A stretch of DNA of 64,000 nucleotides from Chlorokybus atmophyticus (Eukaryota; Plantae; Mesostigma and Chlorokybus algae): assembly GCA_009103225.1 (NCBI GenBank), contig RHPI01002048.1:955906-1019905 (forward strand), written 5' to 3'. The notes beneath the pieces are model-generated. The model was not told where the DNA came from and ran no database searches. It saw only the letters and a list, made by a program, of their open reading frames with translations. The position numbers and the translations under genes were made by a program. Position 1 is the stretch's first letter; each line of letters starts with the position of its first letter. This document shows positions 1 to 12,482 of the stretch, piece after piece.

Positions 1-124
1 GGGGGCTGACCTTACATATACAAAACCACTATTGACTGCAAATCTACCTCATAGTACTACTTTGCCAGGAAGAGTGCCAGCACACACATGCACCATAGCG
101 CAGCCTTGACACATGGTGACGTAC

Positions 125-1992
125 CTGCATTGAATGTGTGGCGTAGGACACGGCCATCTTCACAGCGAAGTTGAATCTCCGTGGTGCTGTGGTGCTCGGC
201 ATGGTCATTGCATTGTGCTTGACCTGTTGCAATGGCATGGCTGTTGCTGGTGCACGGGTCATCCAGAGCAGTATTATTGTTGGACGAGGTTGATGTGGGG
301 TTGCGGAGCAAGGCCTGGCGCTGGCGGCGGTCTGCTGCATCCTCCTGCTCATTACGAATTGCTCAGGCAAACATTTCACCAACACCGCCATGCACTGCAG
401 CTATGCCAGATCGTACCTCAATTGCGCGCTTGACACGTGCCTTCTCCTGCTCAGCCGAGCGCCTCGCCGCCTGGGCCGCGGCCACGCGTGCCTGGCGATC
501 CGCTGCAGCTGCATTGCTGTTGCCGTTTGCGTTATTGACACTGTTGGCGTGGTTGCTGTTGTTACAGCCTTCTTCGCCCCCGTCATCATCGACAATCATC
601 ACATCTGCTAGCAGGTGTGCCGTGCAGCAGACGGCGTCAATGGTCGTCTCCCTGCAACTGTTGTTGTAGTCCTTGTTGTCCTGCACACACATGATGGTGA
701 AATGGAGCGGTACACAAACTGCAGGCTTACAACATTGCGAAACGGAGCAGAAGCATGTTGGCGAGCATGTTGCCATCTGTAAGAAACTAGAAACTTCAGA
801 ATTCACTTCGAGCACGCTCTCTGTTGCATGTGCACAACCATTCAGCCTGTCAATACCATTCTGGAGTTTACTGCGAGCCTCTAAAATGATAAAACAACGG
901 AAAACCGACCAGTTTGCTTACATTGCCAGCAGTAACCCATACGGCTGTTAGTGCATGTGCTGATGTTTGGCTCAACAGATCTGTTGTTTGTCACACATGG
1001 TCGCCACCTCGTGATGCAAACAACAGACTTGTTGATCCTGGCTGATCAGCAACAGAAGCTCCAGACTTGTGGAGCGGCACAGCAGAGTGTGGTAAACTCA
1101 ACAAGATTGCTGGACACAGCATGCATGCAAGCAGCACTGCACGCGCTTTACTCAACGCCTCGTTGCACGACATGTCATCAAACACATGAGCCGCAAACAT
1201 GAAGACTACTTGCAGCCTGACAATGCACAATCTCTACAAGCCCAGCCAACATGCTGCGACCACTTTGCGTGAAATGCTGTGATGCCACTGACACAGACTT
1301 CCTCTCGCACCTCACTGCCAGCGGACGTCTTGGATAAGTGAAGAATTGCGTGACTGGATCGGGGCCTGCAATGTAGCGAAGCAGCATCAGCCTGTGTATT
1401 GCTTGTTACAAGCAAGTTAGCCTACTACACCACGCAGATCGAAAGAACACCAACAGACTTGCTAAATGATCCCAGCTGTTGTCCAACGTATGCGAATGCT
1501 AGTTGGTTCTAGATAGTCGCATATCTTGTTGAAGTGGTAGCGACAGCTGCCCAATGCAGCTTGTGTTTTGTATAAAGCATGGCTCCGCGACAAGTGGCAA
1601 GTAGACTTACTGACCAGCTGTGGCAGCGCAGCATGCTGCTTGGTTGCAGAGTTGCTAGCGGTGACAGCGCTGACTAATGCTGTACGGAGCAATGTTCAAC
1701 CAGGCGCACGGCGACACCGAGATAAAACTGGGGATAAAAGGCATGCTGCAAGGGGGCAGGCTCAGCACTGGCACCCGTCCTATGCGGATGCTCTGTCTGC
1801 ACGGCCCAACGCCCTAAACACAAGACGCACATACACACATGCACACGCTGCCACTCACGACGAGCAGATGAGCCGCTGGCCGTTCTCCTGGGCTTCCAGT
1901 TGGCGCCCGTCCAGCTGCTGCACCACCCGATCCTTGCCCGCCTGCTCCTGCTCCGCCTCAGCCAGCCCGATCGACTGGCACTCCTCCTCCAT
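125..1992 (-). CDS. UBX-domain protein (UBXN1/PUX-like), multi-exon; 3' end runs off the left edge and the middle exons are unresolved
   Basis: Spliced C-terminal exons read EKARVKRAIE|EDAADRRQR...TTEIQLRCEDGRVLRHTFNAG: a coiled coil followed by a UBX-type first strand. GT donor at 124. Candidate first exon MEEECQSIGLAEAEQ... starts at ATG 1992 and ends at a GTGAGT donor. Confidence 0.6.
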
Positions 1993-3226
1993 GCAGCAGA
2001 GGCGCAACCGCCGACTTCCCCACTCCTCCTCTCACTGCTCTGCTTGCTGTGCGTCAGAGGAGAGCCTGCCGCATTTCTTTTGCTTGCTGGTGTGGCAGCG
2101 GCGAATGTGGATCACACGAGCAGCCCCATTGCAAAGCCCGGATATCGAGTCAGCGTCACGATATCTTCTCAGAATTTGGGATACTCAAACCCGATGTCGG
2201 TGTCATGAGGTGATGTCAAGCTACCTGCTTGATTCCCAGACACTTTTTCCCCGGGGAAAGTCCGAGGAAAAGTTCGACGATGTTGCGCGGCCGCCGCAAC
2301 CGCAACTTCGCGGCAACTGATGGGCCATGAAAGGAGAGGATTTCCTCCCCGGCATGAAACAGGGGATTCCATGATTCGGAGACCGCTTTTTCTGTTGCGG
2401 AGTGCAGGCCATGATGTGAAAGGAAACCCGGCAAGCAAGGAATCGTGCGACGACGCGCCTGAATGGAGAATGCTGACGCGGCAACCTGCCTGCGCGGGTG
2501 ACTGGGCAGCGACAGAAATGGGGTCGACCGACCTGGCTCATGGAATGTGATCGGCATTGAGAGATGGCTGTCACTGGCTGTCACGTGACCCGCAGCCATC
2601 TCACCAAGGGGACACGTGGCCGCTGCTGGTGGCGCCGCCGCCGCGCGATGGTTACCTGCAAGCAAACATCATAGTCTGAGAGAAACTATGTCAATCAGAG
2701 TGATGTGTGTTGACTGTTTGTGTGGTGTGCAGCAATAGGCCTATCACAATACATGAGACGCTCGCAAGCAGCCAGAGGTGATTCGCTCTGGAAGCGGGTA
2801 GCATACAGTAAACGGGTTTGGTGTAGCAGATGTTGGTTGGTTGACAACACTTCTCAGATGTTGACGGCCATACAGTGGTGCATAAAACCCAGAGAGCTCC
2901 GCTCTGCTATTGACAGCCATGGGCTCATGGGACGCGCAACGTGAGGTGCTAGCGGACAGCATGAAGCGTAAAGGCAACATGTGACAACCAGATCGTTGTG
3001 TTAGCAAGGTTCGTTCACGCTGCACGATCGCCAGTTTGATTGCATGAAATATGAGACAGTCAACACGCCTTTCGCTGCATGATATAGCATGCGGCATCAA
3101 GTATAACCTGTAGCACAGAACACACGAGTCAGTCACACTCTGCATCACCCTCATCCCTCCCTGCATGCATTCTGCGAGCTACTCCCATTTTACAACTCAC
3201 CATCGTACAGAGTGCACCCCACAGCC

Positions 3227-6200
3227 ATGGCCCCTGCTCCAAAGGGCTCAGGCGATGTTCGCCGCCCAGTGTCATCAGCGCAATCCCCAAGCCGCCCCCG
3301 CACAACAACGCCTTCCCCTCACGAGTGCCTCACCCGCATCCGGACACCCGCCACCGTACCGCCGCGGCCGCGATCACCATCTCTACAACCAGACTGGGCC
3401 AGCCTCGGGCCGCTGCTCTTCGGGGACGAGGTGCGCGCGCACGAGGAGTACGCCCACCTGTTCCAACCTGTTCCAGCAAAGGGTGATGAGGACGCGGACC
3501 TGGATGATGACGATGGGGATGATGTTGGGGTTGTGAAGCGGGCGTGCGAGGTGGTGGCGAGGGCGATGGAGCGGAGTGGCGGCAAGGCTGGGAGCTTCGC
3601 AGCCGTGGCCTCGGTGGTGAGACGGTTCGCGCATATTGTCACGCATCGGACGGGGTCGCCGACGGGTTCGCCCTTCTCGTCCTCGCCGCCGTCGCCGTCG
3701 TCAGTATCAGGGAGTGATGGCGAAGGGCATGAGATACAGATTCATCCAAAGCGCGAACCACTCCCTACCTATAGCACCACACAAGGGGACATCTCCTACC
3801 TCATGGAGGTGCCTTCCGCCCGCACTGCCCATCCCGTAGAGAGGTACCATTCAGCATACTGCAGTCTAAACTGTATGGCTATTGGTGGAGCCGATCACAT
3901 GCAGGTCCCAAAAACTCTTTCAATGTATGCAGAAAGCAAACAACCGTTGATGACCCCTTGTTTAGACCTCCTGGAGGCTACCTTGTGCAGGTTGGCGCGG
4001 CTGTGACCTTGTGCGTGTGTGTGTGTGTGTGCGCTCCCGTATGTGCAGTTGCTCGCGTATGCTTGCGTGTGCGCATGCATGTGTGTGCATGTGTGTATAG
4101 ATGGGTGTGTGCACATGCACATGCGTGCAAGTGCACCCACCCACCTATACACGTGTAAATGAGTATAAGCATGAATGATACCTCTTATTATGGACAGGTA
4201 CTGGCCAGTCAGAGTTTCAAGTTGCCCGCCTCGCGCATCCCCGAGGCGCATCAGGTTTTCGAGGCCCCTCCGCTTCCCCACACCCACAACGCGGAGAAGG
4301 AGTCCCCCGGGATGGACGCCACCGAGGACGTGCGCCAGAACCGGCTGCGCCTGCGGTTCCCGTCTCGCCGACCCACATCACGTTGGGAGGTTGTCCAACT
4401 AGCAAGAACGGTGGACGCTATGCTGGCAGAGTTAGAGGTTATTATGGCGAGCCGGGCTGAAGACAGTGAGACAGAAACACATCAGGGTGGCGGGTTGAAG
4501 CCGGCGAGGGCAGTGCAGGGCGTGCTCGAGTCGGCAATGCTCGAGGTGGTGAGACAAGTTCACGTGCAGTGCGCGGAGCGGGGTGTGTTGTTGGACCTCC
4601 TTCGCGTGGCTCACGGGCACGTTGTATCTGCCGCTCTCACCCGCGCCGATACACTCGCATCCTCCCTGCTGGCAGCTCGCTCAGAAGCCCGCAAACAACT
4701 CCGCAAACAAGAAGAGGCCGCCGCGGATCGCCTCGCCGAGGAGGTCGCGAAGCGTATGTTGGTTGAGAGGGAGCGCGACGAGACTCGGGCACGTGCAGAT
4801 TGGCTCGCCGCGCGTGTGGAAGCTGCCGGGAAGCGTGCGGAGGCACTCCAGGCTGAGGTTGCAAGACATGAAGCTGAGGAGACGAGGCTGGAGGGGCTCG
4901 CGCGTGCGGGAGCTGTGGAGGTACGGGCGCTTGTGTTGGAGCATGCGAGGCAGCATCAGCTACACACGCAGAACTACGCGAGGGAGCTCGCGCGAGAGCG
5001 TGGGGACGCTGCCAGTAGTACCCGAGAGAATGCAGACCTCAAGGCACGAGTATGGGAAATGGAGGAACGCCTCAACCGCGCACTCAACTCCCATGATGAC
5101 CGGTAAACAGACTCACATCATCATATGTATCCATATGCGTGTGTGGCTGCATATTTGCATGCACACACGCACACACATGGCCCGCTTCTCTCAGTGTGTT
5201 TGAGGAGAAGCAAAGAGTTGAGGCAGCTGAGCGGGCCCTGCAGCGCACGGCCATGTGCCCACTCTGCCTGCGCGAGTGCGCTCACTGCGCCAGCAATAAC
5301 AGCGACGCCGCCACAGATGCGGGCAGCGATGCAACTGACCGCACCAGCGATAAGAGCTCCTCACTCAGGCGAGGCACTTCAATGAAGCTGGCCAGGAGCG
5401 GGACCAGCGAGAAGAGGACGGGTAGGAAGGAAGTCAAGCTGGAAGAAGGAGAAGAACAAATGAAAGAGAGCGAAGCCGAAGCAGAGAGCAGCAGTGATGA
5501 GGACGAGGGCGAGAACAACAAGGAGGACCTGCGGCTCCCGCACGTGGTGCCGATTAGCCTGGTTGACAGCATGAGGGTCGGGGAGAGTGGCGCTGTGGCA
5601 ATACGTGGCGTTGGGGAGTGGGAGGTTGAGAGCGGACCCGGCTACCACCTGATGGTTCTGGACCGGCGTACGCTGGCGATGAGCTCCACCGAGCGCTATG
5701 CCACACTCGCGGAGCTTCTCGCCGCCTCCGAGGACCCGTCCGTTGTTGGCCCGCACGCCCTCGCCCTCCTGCGCGCGCCACGCTCGGCCATGCGCGACAT
5801 GCGCCCGCACGCCCATCCAGGAGGCGCACTCTACCGCCTTGGCGCTCGCAGCAAAGAGGTATGTAAAGGTGTGTGTGTAACTGTTATTGTTGTGTGGGTT
5901 TTCACACGGCGTGTACATGTAGTTTGTGGCGTCGTCGAGGCCGGTTACACCCGGCGGGGACTCGTCGCACCGATCCAGGAGCTCCTCGGGGACGAGGCCC
6001 TCTTCGGCCATGCTGCGGAGAAGCAGGCCGCCCACGCCGGGGACGGCTGCGAGCACAAGGCCACCCACACCCACCAACAACAACAGCACCAACAACATCA
6101 ACACCAACAGACCCCCCTCACCCGCATCAGCACAGAACAGCCGCCCCGCAACGCCCTCATGTAAGGGACTGTTGGTTATTGTGTGCAACTTCTGACTGAC

Positions 6201-7833
6201 CACACGTATGTTGACATATGTGTGTACACGCAGCCGGGAGGGCGCAGAGCTACATGTTGGCGGGTTCTCCCGGTGCAACGTCTGTGGAGTCGATTGGTAG
6301 CTGGAGCGGTTACCTCGTTCGTAGCGTGGCGACGGGTATGTACAGCGTGTTCGGGACATCGGGTGGCGCGGGTCTGTGGGCCAACATGCGGGATGGTTTG
6401 CCCTCAAGCTTCTTCCGCGAGGGGTCGGACGCGGCGGAGCGGGAGATGGAGATGGTGCTTGTGCAGGAGGCACTGTGGCACTACGGCGTACGCCTCAAGC
6501 GCATATTCAGCCACTATGCGCTATTTGCGGGAACCGTTGGCATAGACAACCCATTCACGCTCGGCGCCAAGTCCTTTGCTATCTTTGTAAGAGATTGCCG
6601 CCTCAAGCTCAAGGATGTCGATGTCAATCGCATATTCATGGAGGTCAACAACAACAGCAGCAACACCAACAACACCAACAGCAGCAACAGCAACAACTCA
6701 GCCGCACGCCCGCCAAGCGCACCCACACAAGTCATGCAGATGGCTCGGATGCTATCAAGGACCCTCAGCAGAGCACCGGTAAGTTCAAGTTGTGCATGGG
6801 GCACACCACGCTAGCTCAACGTGTGATATGTCATTGACTCATGTTTCTCTTCAGCAGAAGGTTGACGATGTGACGTCGGATCCCGATGAGGTGAGCGGCT
6901 CCCGGCAGATGGACTTCTCAGAGTTTGTGGAAAGCATCGTGGTGAGTCTGGCTGTCTATCTCTCACTGCCTGCGTGCGTGCGTGCACGCGCACATGCAAG
7001 TGTGCGTGCATGTGCGCGTTTGTGCACACTGGAGGACAGACTGAGACAGTGTTACATATGCAGAGGCTGGCGCATCAAAAGTACTGTTATGCGGGCAAGG
7101 GCATGGCGTTGAGTGCGGCTGTGAGACGGGTGCTGACAGCGCACGTGATAAAGCGCGCGTGTGCTCTCGAGAAGGACGAGAAGCTGGAGGAGGAGGCGGC
7201 CCGGCCCGAGACCCAGGCCGTAGTGAAGCGCCACAGAAGCAAACTGCTGAAGCTCTTCAAGCACTTCTCTCGCGGGACCAGCAGCGCCGCGGGCGAGTAC
7301 AACAACGCCGGCAACATGTCCTACGATGAGTGGGGCGCCTTTGTTCGTCGCGGTGGCATCACCGGCACCAAACTCTCCATCACCAAGGTTGGGAACAGAG
7401 AATGCGCTGCAGGCACTTTGGGATGCGTCCGCATGATTGTGCATGTGTGGCACAGCTCATCATAAATGCAAGTGTGGTGGGTGCCATTGCACTCACTTGT
7501 GTGTCCCGTAGGCGATGTCGTTCTTTGTGTTGGCCAACGGTGAGCGCACGTTGGAGGACGGCACTGTTGGCAAATCCGACAGCGACGAGCAGTCTATGCT
7601 GTAAGCGGACATACTTTGTAGTATGCCCCAGTTTGCACATACACGCGCAGTTAACTTGCTTATACTAATCAAAGTATCTACTCACTTGCAGGTTTGACGA
7701 GTTTGTGTACGGCTTGCTGATGTGTGCGGCAATCTGGGGCTGCGCGGGACCCAAGGGAACACTGGCCGATCACCTCGACTCTCTGCTGGAAACACGTGTG
7801 TACGACCACATGCGCAAGCAGGCTATTGCTTGA
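3227..7833 (+). CDS. Flagellar-type protein: axonemal dynein light chain domain (AXDND1-like), coiled coil, and two C-terminal EF-hand-like modules
   Basis: LRLRFPSRRPTSRWEVVQLARTVDAML...EVVRQVHVQCAERGVLLDLLR matches the AXDND1/Ax_dynein_light pattern. Later exons give LKRIFSHYA...MDFSEFVESIVRLAHQKY and LLKLFKHFS...MSYDEW...FDEFVYGLLMCA. All GT-AG junctions checked are phase-compatible from ATG 3227 to TGA 7831-7833. Confidence 0.7.
4013..4135. repeat. Intronic degenerate (TG/CA)n alternating purine-pyrimidine tract
   Basis: GTGCGTGTGTGTGTGTGTGTGCGC...GCATGCATGTGTGTGCATGTGTGT, read directly. Confidence 0.85.
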
Positions 7834-8211
7834 TGTAGCAAGAGTTGCTCACACCGTTGTGTATATCAGCATGGGTGTGCATGCCACCAATGCAAATGCT
7901 TGGCACACCAGAGCATGGCAAACCTTGCATGGCGGTAGCATCAAAAGTCTTACACATTGCTCACTTCTTGCACACAAGCGGCCACGAGCAGACTATGTGA
8001 CACATAGACGGATGCATCCTCATACAGCACCGTAGACTACTGTCACCGTGGAGCATTTAGCAAATTGAACTGCTGCGCACGATTGTATGCGTAAGCATTA
8101 CTAGTTATGTATACGACAGCTGGCCCCCACTGCCAGTTGGCAATACCCAGAGTTTGTTCACTTCTAACCTTAGCTTGTGACTACTGTAGTGCACTGATGA
8201 ACAACTGCAAG

Positions 8212-11200
8212 TCAGGTGTTGCGTTCCAACACTGCCAGGGCGGGCGTCAAGTAGTTGTTGGCCTTGTCTGGCAAATGCGCGACCTGAGACCAACATGGTT
8301 GCATTAGCGCTTCATGCATAAAGCTTTCCACACAATTTTGTATATAGCATGTGATGCGGTGCGGGCATACCAGCTCGTATTGTGCGGATGAGGCGTTGCT
8401 GTACTCGTAGCAAACTTCAAAAGACTTGTTCCTGGCGGCGCTGTCGTGAAGGGCTTTCAAACACACATCCGCAACATCTGCGCAGCTAATGCCCTGCAGT
8501 AGGATGGCAGATTTTAACCACCTAGTTGATACATCCAACAAATCAATAATACATGAAACCCTGCGGCTATGTTATGAAAAAACAGAAGGTAAGGTGCTGC
8601 TTGACCCGCGTAAATGTACCTGGGTGATGCGGTCGCCTTGATCAAAAACAAGAGCACGGCTGCCGCCAGGTTCTTCCTGTGGATGACATTAACACGGCTC
8701 AGCAGGCAACTCTAGTAGCTACAACCAGGCCAAAGCAATGATGCAGAATACCACGTACCCTCAACAAGCCTGGTCGTACGATCGTGTATCCCAACCCCGA
8801 ATTCCTCAATGACGTTTCGCCAGCCTGCTTTGCTTTGACAACCTTCTCCTTGTGCTCCGGGTCCACGCCATTTCCAGCGCATGACACCAAGATGAAATCC
8901 GGCTCCTCGCCAGCCTATTAAGCATACAGTAGCCATGACAACGTCAAGCATCCTCCAGGATACAGTATAGAGTAGTAGTGTTTGTGAGCAGACATGTGCA
9001 GTAACGGTCAGGTCATGATGCATTGGTTACAACAACAGCATGACTACCTCATACCTTACTACTCCACAGCTGATGTGAACATGTGCCAAAGTGTCAAGTA
9101 CTATTGCTGAAAATTCTGAGAACCTAGGGATACACTTGCTATGGCAGTAAGCTGCATACCCACAGTCAAGCTCACCTATTGTTTCAATGCTTTGACAACG
9201 TTTTGCTTGCCTTACATGCATCCAATTATTATTGGTTACATATTTTTGGTCTCAGACTCCCCAGCCGAGTTGACGATGCTAGTATGGCTAGTTGGTGCAA
9301 TAGCAGTAGTGTTGCACTTGACCTTCACAACAGTAGATACATTGCAACTGGTTGATAGAACACAATAAACACGCAACGATGACGGACTTACCGGGAAGGC
9401 CTTGACAAACTCAATCTCAAGCCGGAAATCGCTGAGCTCTTCCTCAGGGGTCTTTGTGGCCGGTGTTGGTGACCTCATTCGTTGCTACATCAACACCAAA
9501 GCCTCATCAGTGAGAGAAGAGGCATAGAGAGCACTACTATGCAGACGATTGAGGCAAGTTTTGCAACATACAATTCCTCACCTTTTTGGACTCGTATCTG
9601 AATGCGATTCGTCGCACGGAGCGAGGATCAAGCGGCGGCGCGGGATTGGTTGAGGGCTCAAAGGCTGAGAAAGGTATTCGTACCTGCAGCCGAAAGATGT
9701 ATGGTAATCGTTTTCTTGAAGGGCACAAACAGTGCATGAAGAATCAACCAGTTGTGTGCACACACCGTGCTGAAAGTGTTGTTCTTTGCGTTGAACTTAG
9801 CCGCATAAGACACACTGGCGCCATCCTCAGTTTGGGTTGTCAGCACCAAAGAGAATGGTCGGCCGTCGCCGCACGCGCGCAAGAGAATGCCCTCATACCT
9901 TATACGCACACCAAGCAATCACACATATACAATGCTAGTGACTTTCACCGTTTGTTCAACTTGTAATGCATAGCAACGTGCCGTGCGCTGGCACCAAGCG
10001 TGTACAGTATAATTCCAATATTTATGTACCTGGCCAAGTCTCGGCCATCACCGATGTGCAAGTCCATTGATGTCTCTGCTGAGCTACCCTTTGAGTAAAG
10101 ATATCCTGCGTTGCACAACAGGTCAAGCAAGTGATCACTCATTCATCCATCAATATATTCTACTGCTTGACATGCAGCGCAACAAATCGTTTATTGGTAC
10201 GCACCATTGAAGACAGCGGAACCCCTCTCTGTCAACTCCAACGAAGCTTTATCACGCTGATTGAGCTTAATTTTCCCAAACGCCAAATCCGCCGCACGCC
10301 CAACGTTCAAGGATGTCTCCCAAGCATCCACCGTCGTCCTCTTCTTAAAGTCCACCAACCGCAGCTTGCTTTTGCTGGAGAGGCCTGCTCTCCTTGTCGC
10401 CAAACTGTTGTTGTAATCCTACAACATGTTGACGCACGCGTTACTACAAACGCAAACAACGGAATGCAATGCGCATAACTGATATTGTGTCTGAATGAGC
10501 TCAACCTGGAAGGCTTTCGCCAAGTTCTGCACCCCCTGTTGTTCAACTCGGGTAATGTCCACAGCGAGCGTTGAGCGTGCCCTCGCACAATAGATGACCT
10601 TCTGGCAACCCTCCACAGCTTGCGCGAGCGTGCTCGGTTCACCCACGTCACCCACAACCACCTCCACCGAGCGCGGAATGATTTCCAGAGCTGCTTCATC
10701 TGCTCGCCGCAACAGAGCCTGCACATGGCCACAACCGTGTGATCACGTGTCACAACGCATGGATCCAGTGCGAGGTTCTTCACAGTGTTGCATGCCCTGT
10801 GCACGCAATGCTGTACACAGTCAGGCAGTATCTCACCTTGACAGTGTATCCTCGAAGCAGCAGCTTACGCAACAACACTCGGCCCACGCGGCCAGTGGCT
10901 CCCACAACTAGAACCTTTGTAAACCTGCAAGAGATAGTCATAGATGATATATATGTAACAACAGCGACACTGGGTACACAATTGAATCTGGTGTCCAAGC
11001 AGTGGCGAGCACTCACCGCGCATTAGGCTCCTCAAAGTCACAGTACGGGCCGCCTATGTCGATGTAATCTTCGTCCACGCCTGGACCACCCATGACCTAA
11101 TGCCAAAAAAAACATTACACATAGCCTTGTAGTTGCAGGTGCATGCACTCAGTGCGAAGCCTAGTACAGATGAGCCTGCATGCATAGGTGTTTACAGCCC

Positions 11201-11999
11201 TTCTTTACTCACTTGCCCAAGAGCTGAGAACTTTTTCCACACGTCATCCACAAACTGCCTGGATTTCCTCCCGAGTCCGATCGGGTTCACATCGTCCAGG
11301 GTGAGGGCCTGATCCTCCTTCTCCTTCTCCTTCTGAGCTACTCGCTGCGGCGCCTTCTCTTCCGAATCACTGTCAAAACAGGTCAGGATGTTTGCACAAC
11401 GTTGTGCAGGTTGGTTACTCATTGAACTGGTGAATGGCGCATAGAGCAGCGCAATGAGCACGCAACACGAACTGCAAAGCATGGCAAGGCCTGTTCGGCA
11501 TTGATTAAGTTCAGCAATGCATGTGAAGATGAACTGCACGGTGTCACCAAATAAAGTGCATGACACCGACAAGACCAGCACAAGGAACAGCAACAGTCAA
11601 CTACATGCTGGACAGTGGCATTGCAATGAGATCAGCACGATTGCAATCCAGCTGGAATGTGGCAACGGCATTGCCAGCTGTCAAAGCAACAACTAACGTA
11701 CAACTGCCATCCCACGCACACAGCCCATGCACTAGTATGTATGCTAATTGTTGAAGTCAGCAGGGTGTGCAATGCGCAATGCAAGACCAAATACGACGCT
11801 TCGACGACTACTGATCACCATGTCAATTGTAACGTCCTAACCATTTTACTCACTTGCTCGTGGCAGACACACGCTTTGGTCCAATCCTTGCGCCATTCCC
11901 CCCGCTGCGCCTGGTCGACTGAGAAGTAGCGGCAGGAGCAGGCGACGGCCGCTGGCCCCACAGAGCGGACTGCGCTCTGCCCACCAGGCAGCGCTCCAT
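8212..11999 (-). CDS. HCF173: HCF173 (NmrA/SDR-like Rossmann fold with CIA30-like insert; psbA translation factor), multi-exon
   Basis: Family-typical N-terminus TLDDVNPIGLGRKSRQFVDDVWKKFSALGQ, then VLVVGATGRVGRVLLRKLLLRGY; CIA30-like EGILLRACGDGRPF and VRIPFSAF; C-terminal GETSLRNSGLGYTIVRPG and QGISCADVADVCLKALHD. A transit-peptide-like exon 1 from ATG 11999 is phase-compatible with exon 2. Confidence 0.92.
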
Positions 12000-12482
12000 G
12001 ACAGCAGCTGGTCCACGCCTCCAAATACGCTCCGATCCCGCGTAATGTGCTCCCGGCTACCGCCGCCGCCGCCACCGCCCACGGCCAGCACCACACCCAC
12101 CCCCATTCTGAGAGCCACACATAATGTCGCCCAGATGAGGCAGGGATGCCCCTCCGCGGCGACGCCACACCTCGCGCAGCGCGCATCGCTGGTCGCGCGA
12201 CAAGTTTATGTAAAGCTAGAGAATGCAATTGAATCCACCAGCTAACGTTCTTCACGAAGTGCTACACTAAGATCACACACCCCAAAAGGTTTACATAACG
12301 TTGTCGACTAACGTCGCGGAACTGAATATGCAAGTTGCTGCCTGAACGGGCTTTATCTTAGGACTTGGCAGCAACGCACGTAGGGCCTTCCACGTCGACT
12401 GCCTTTGAGTATGCATTCCACTGAGGGCATGCCATGCAAGCCCTAACCTGGCCCCTCCTGGCTCTGTTGTGCATTGTCCAGC

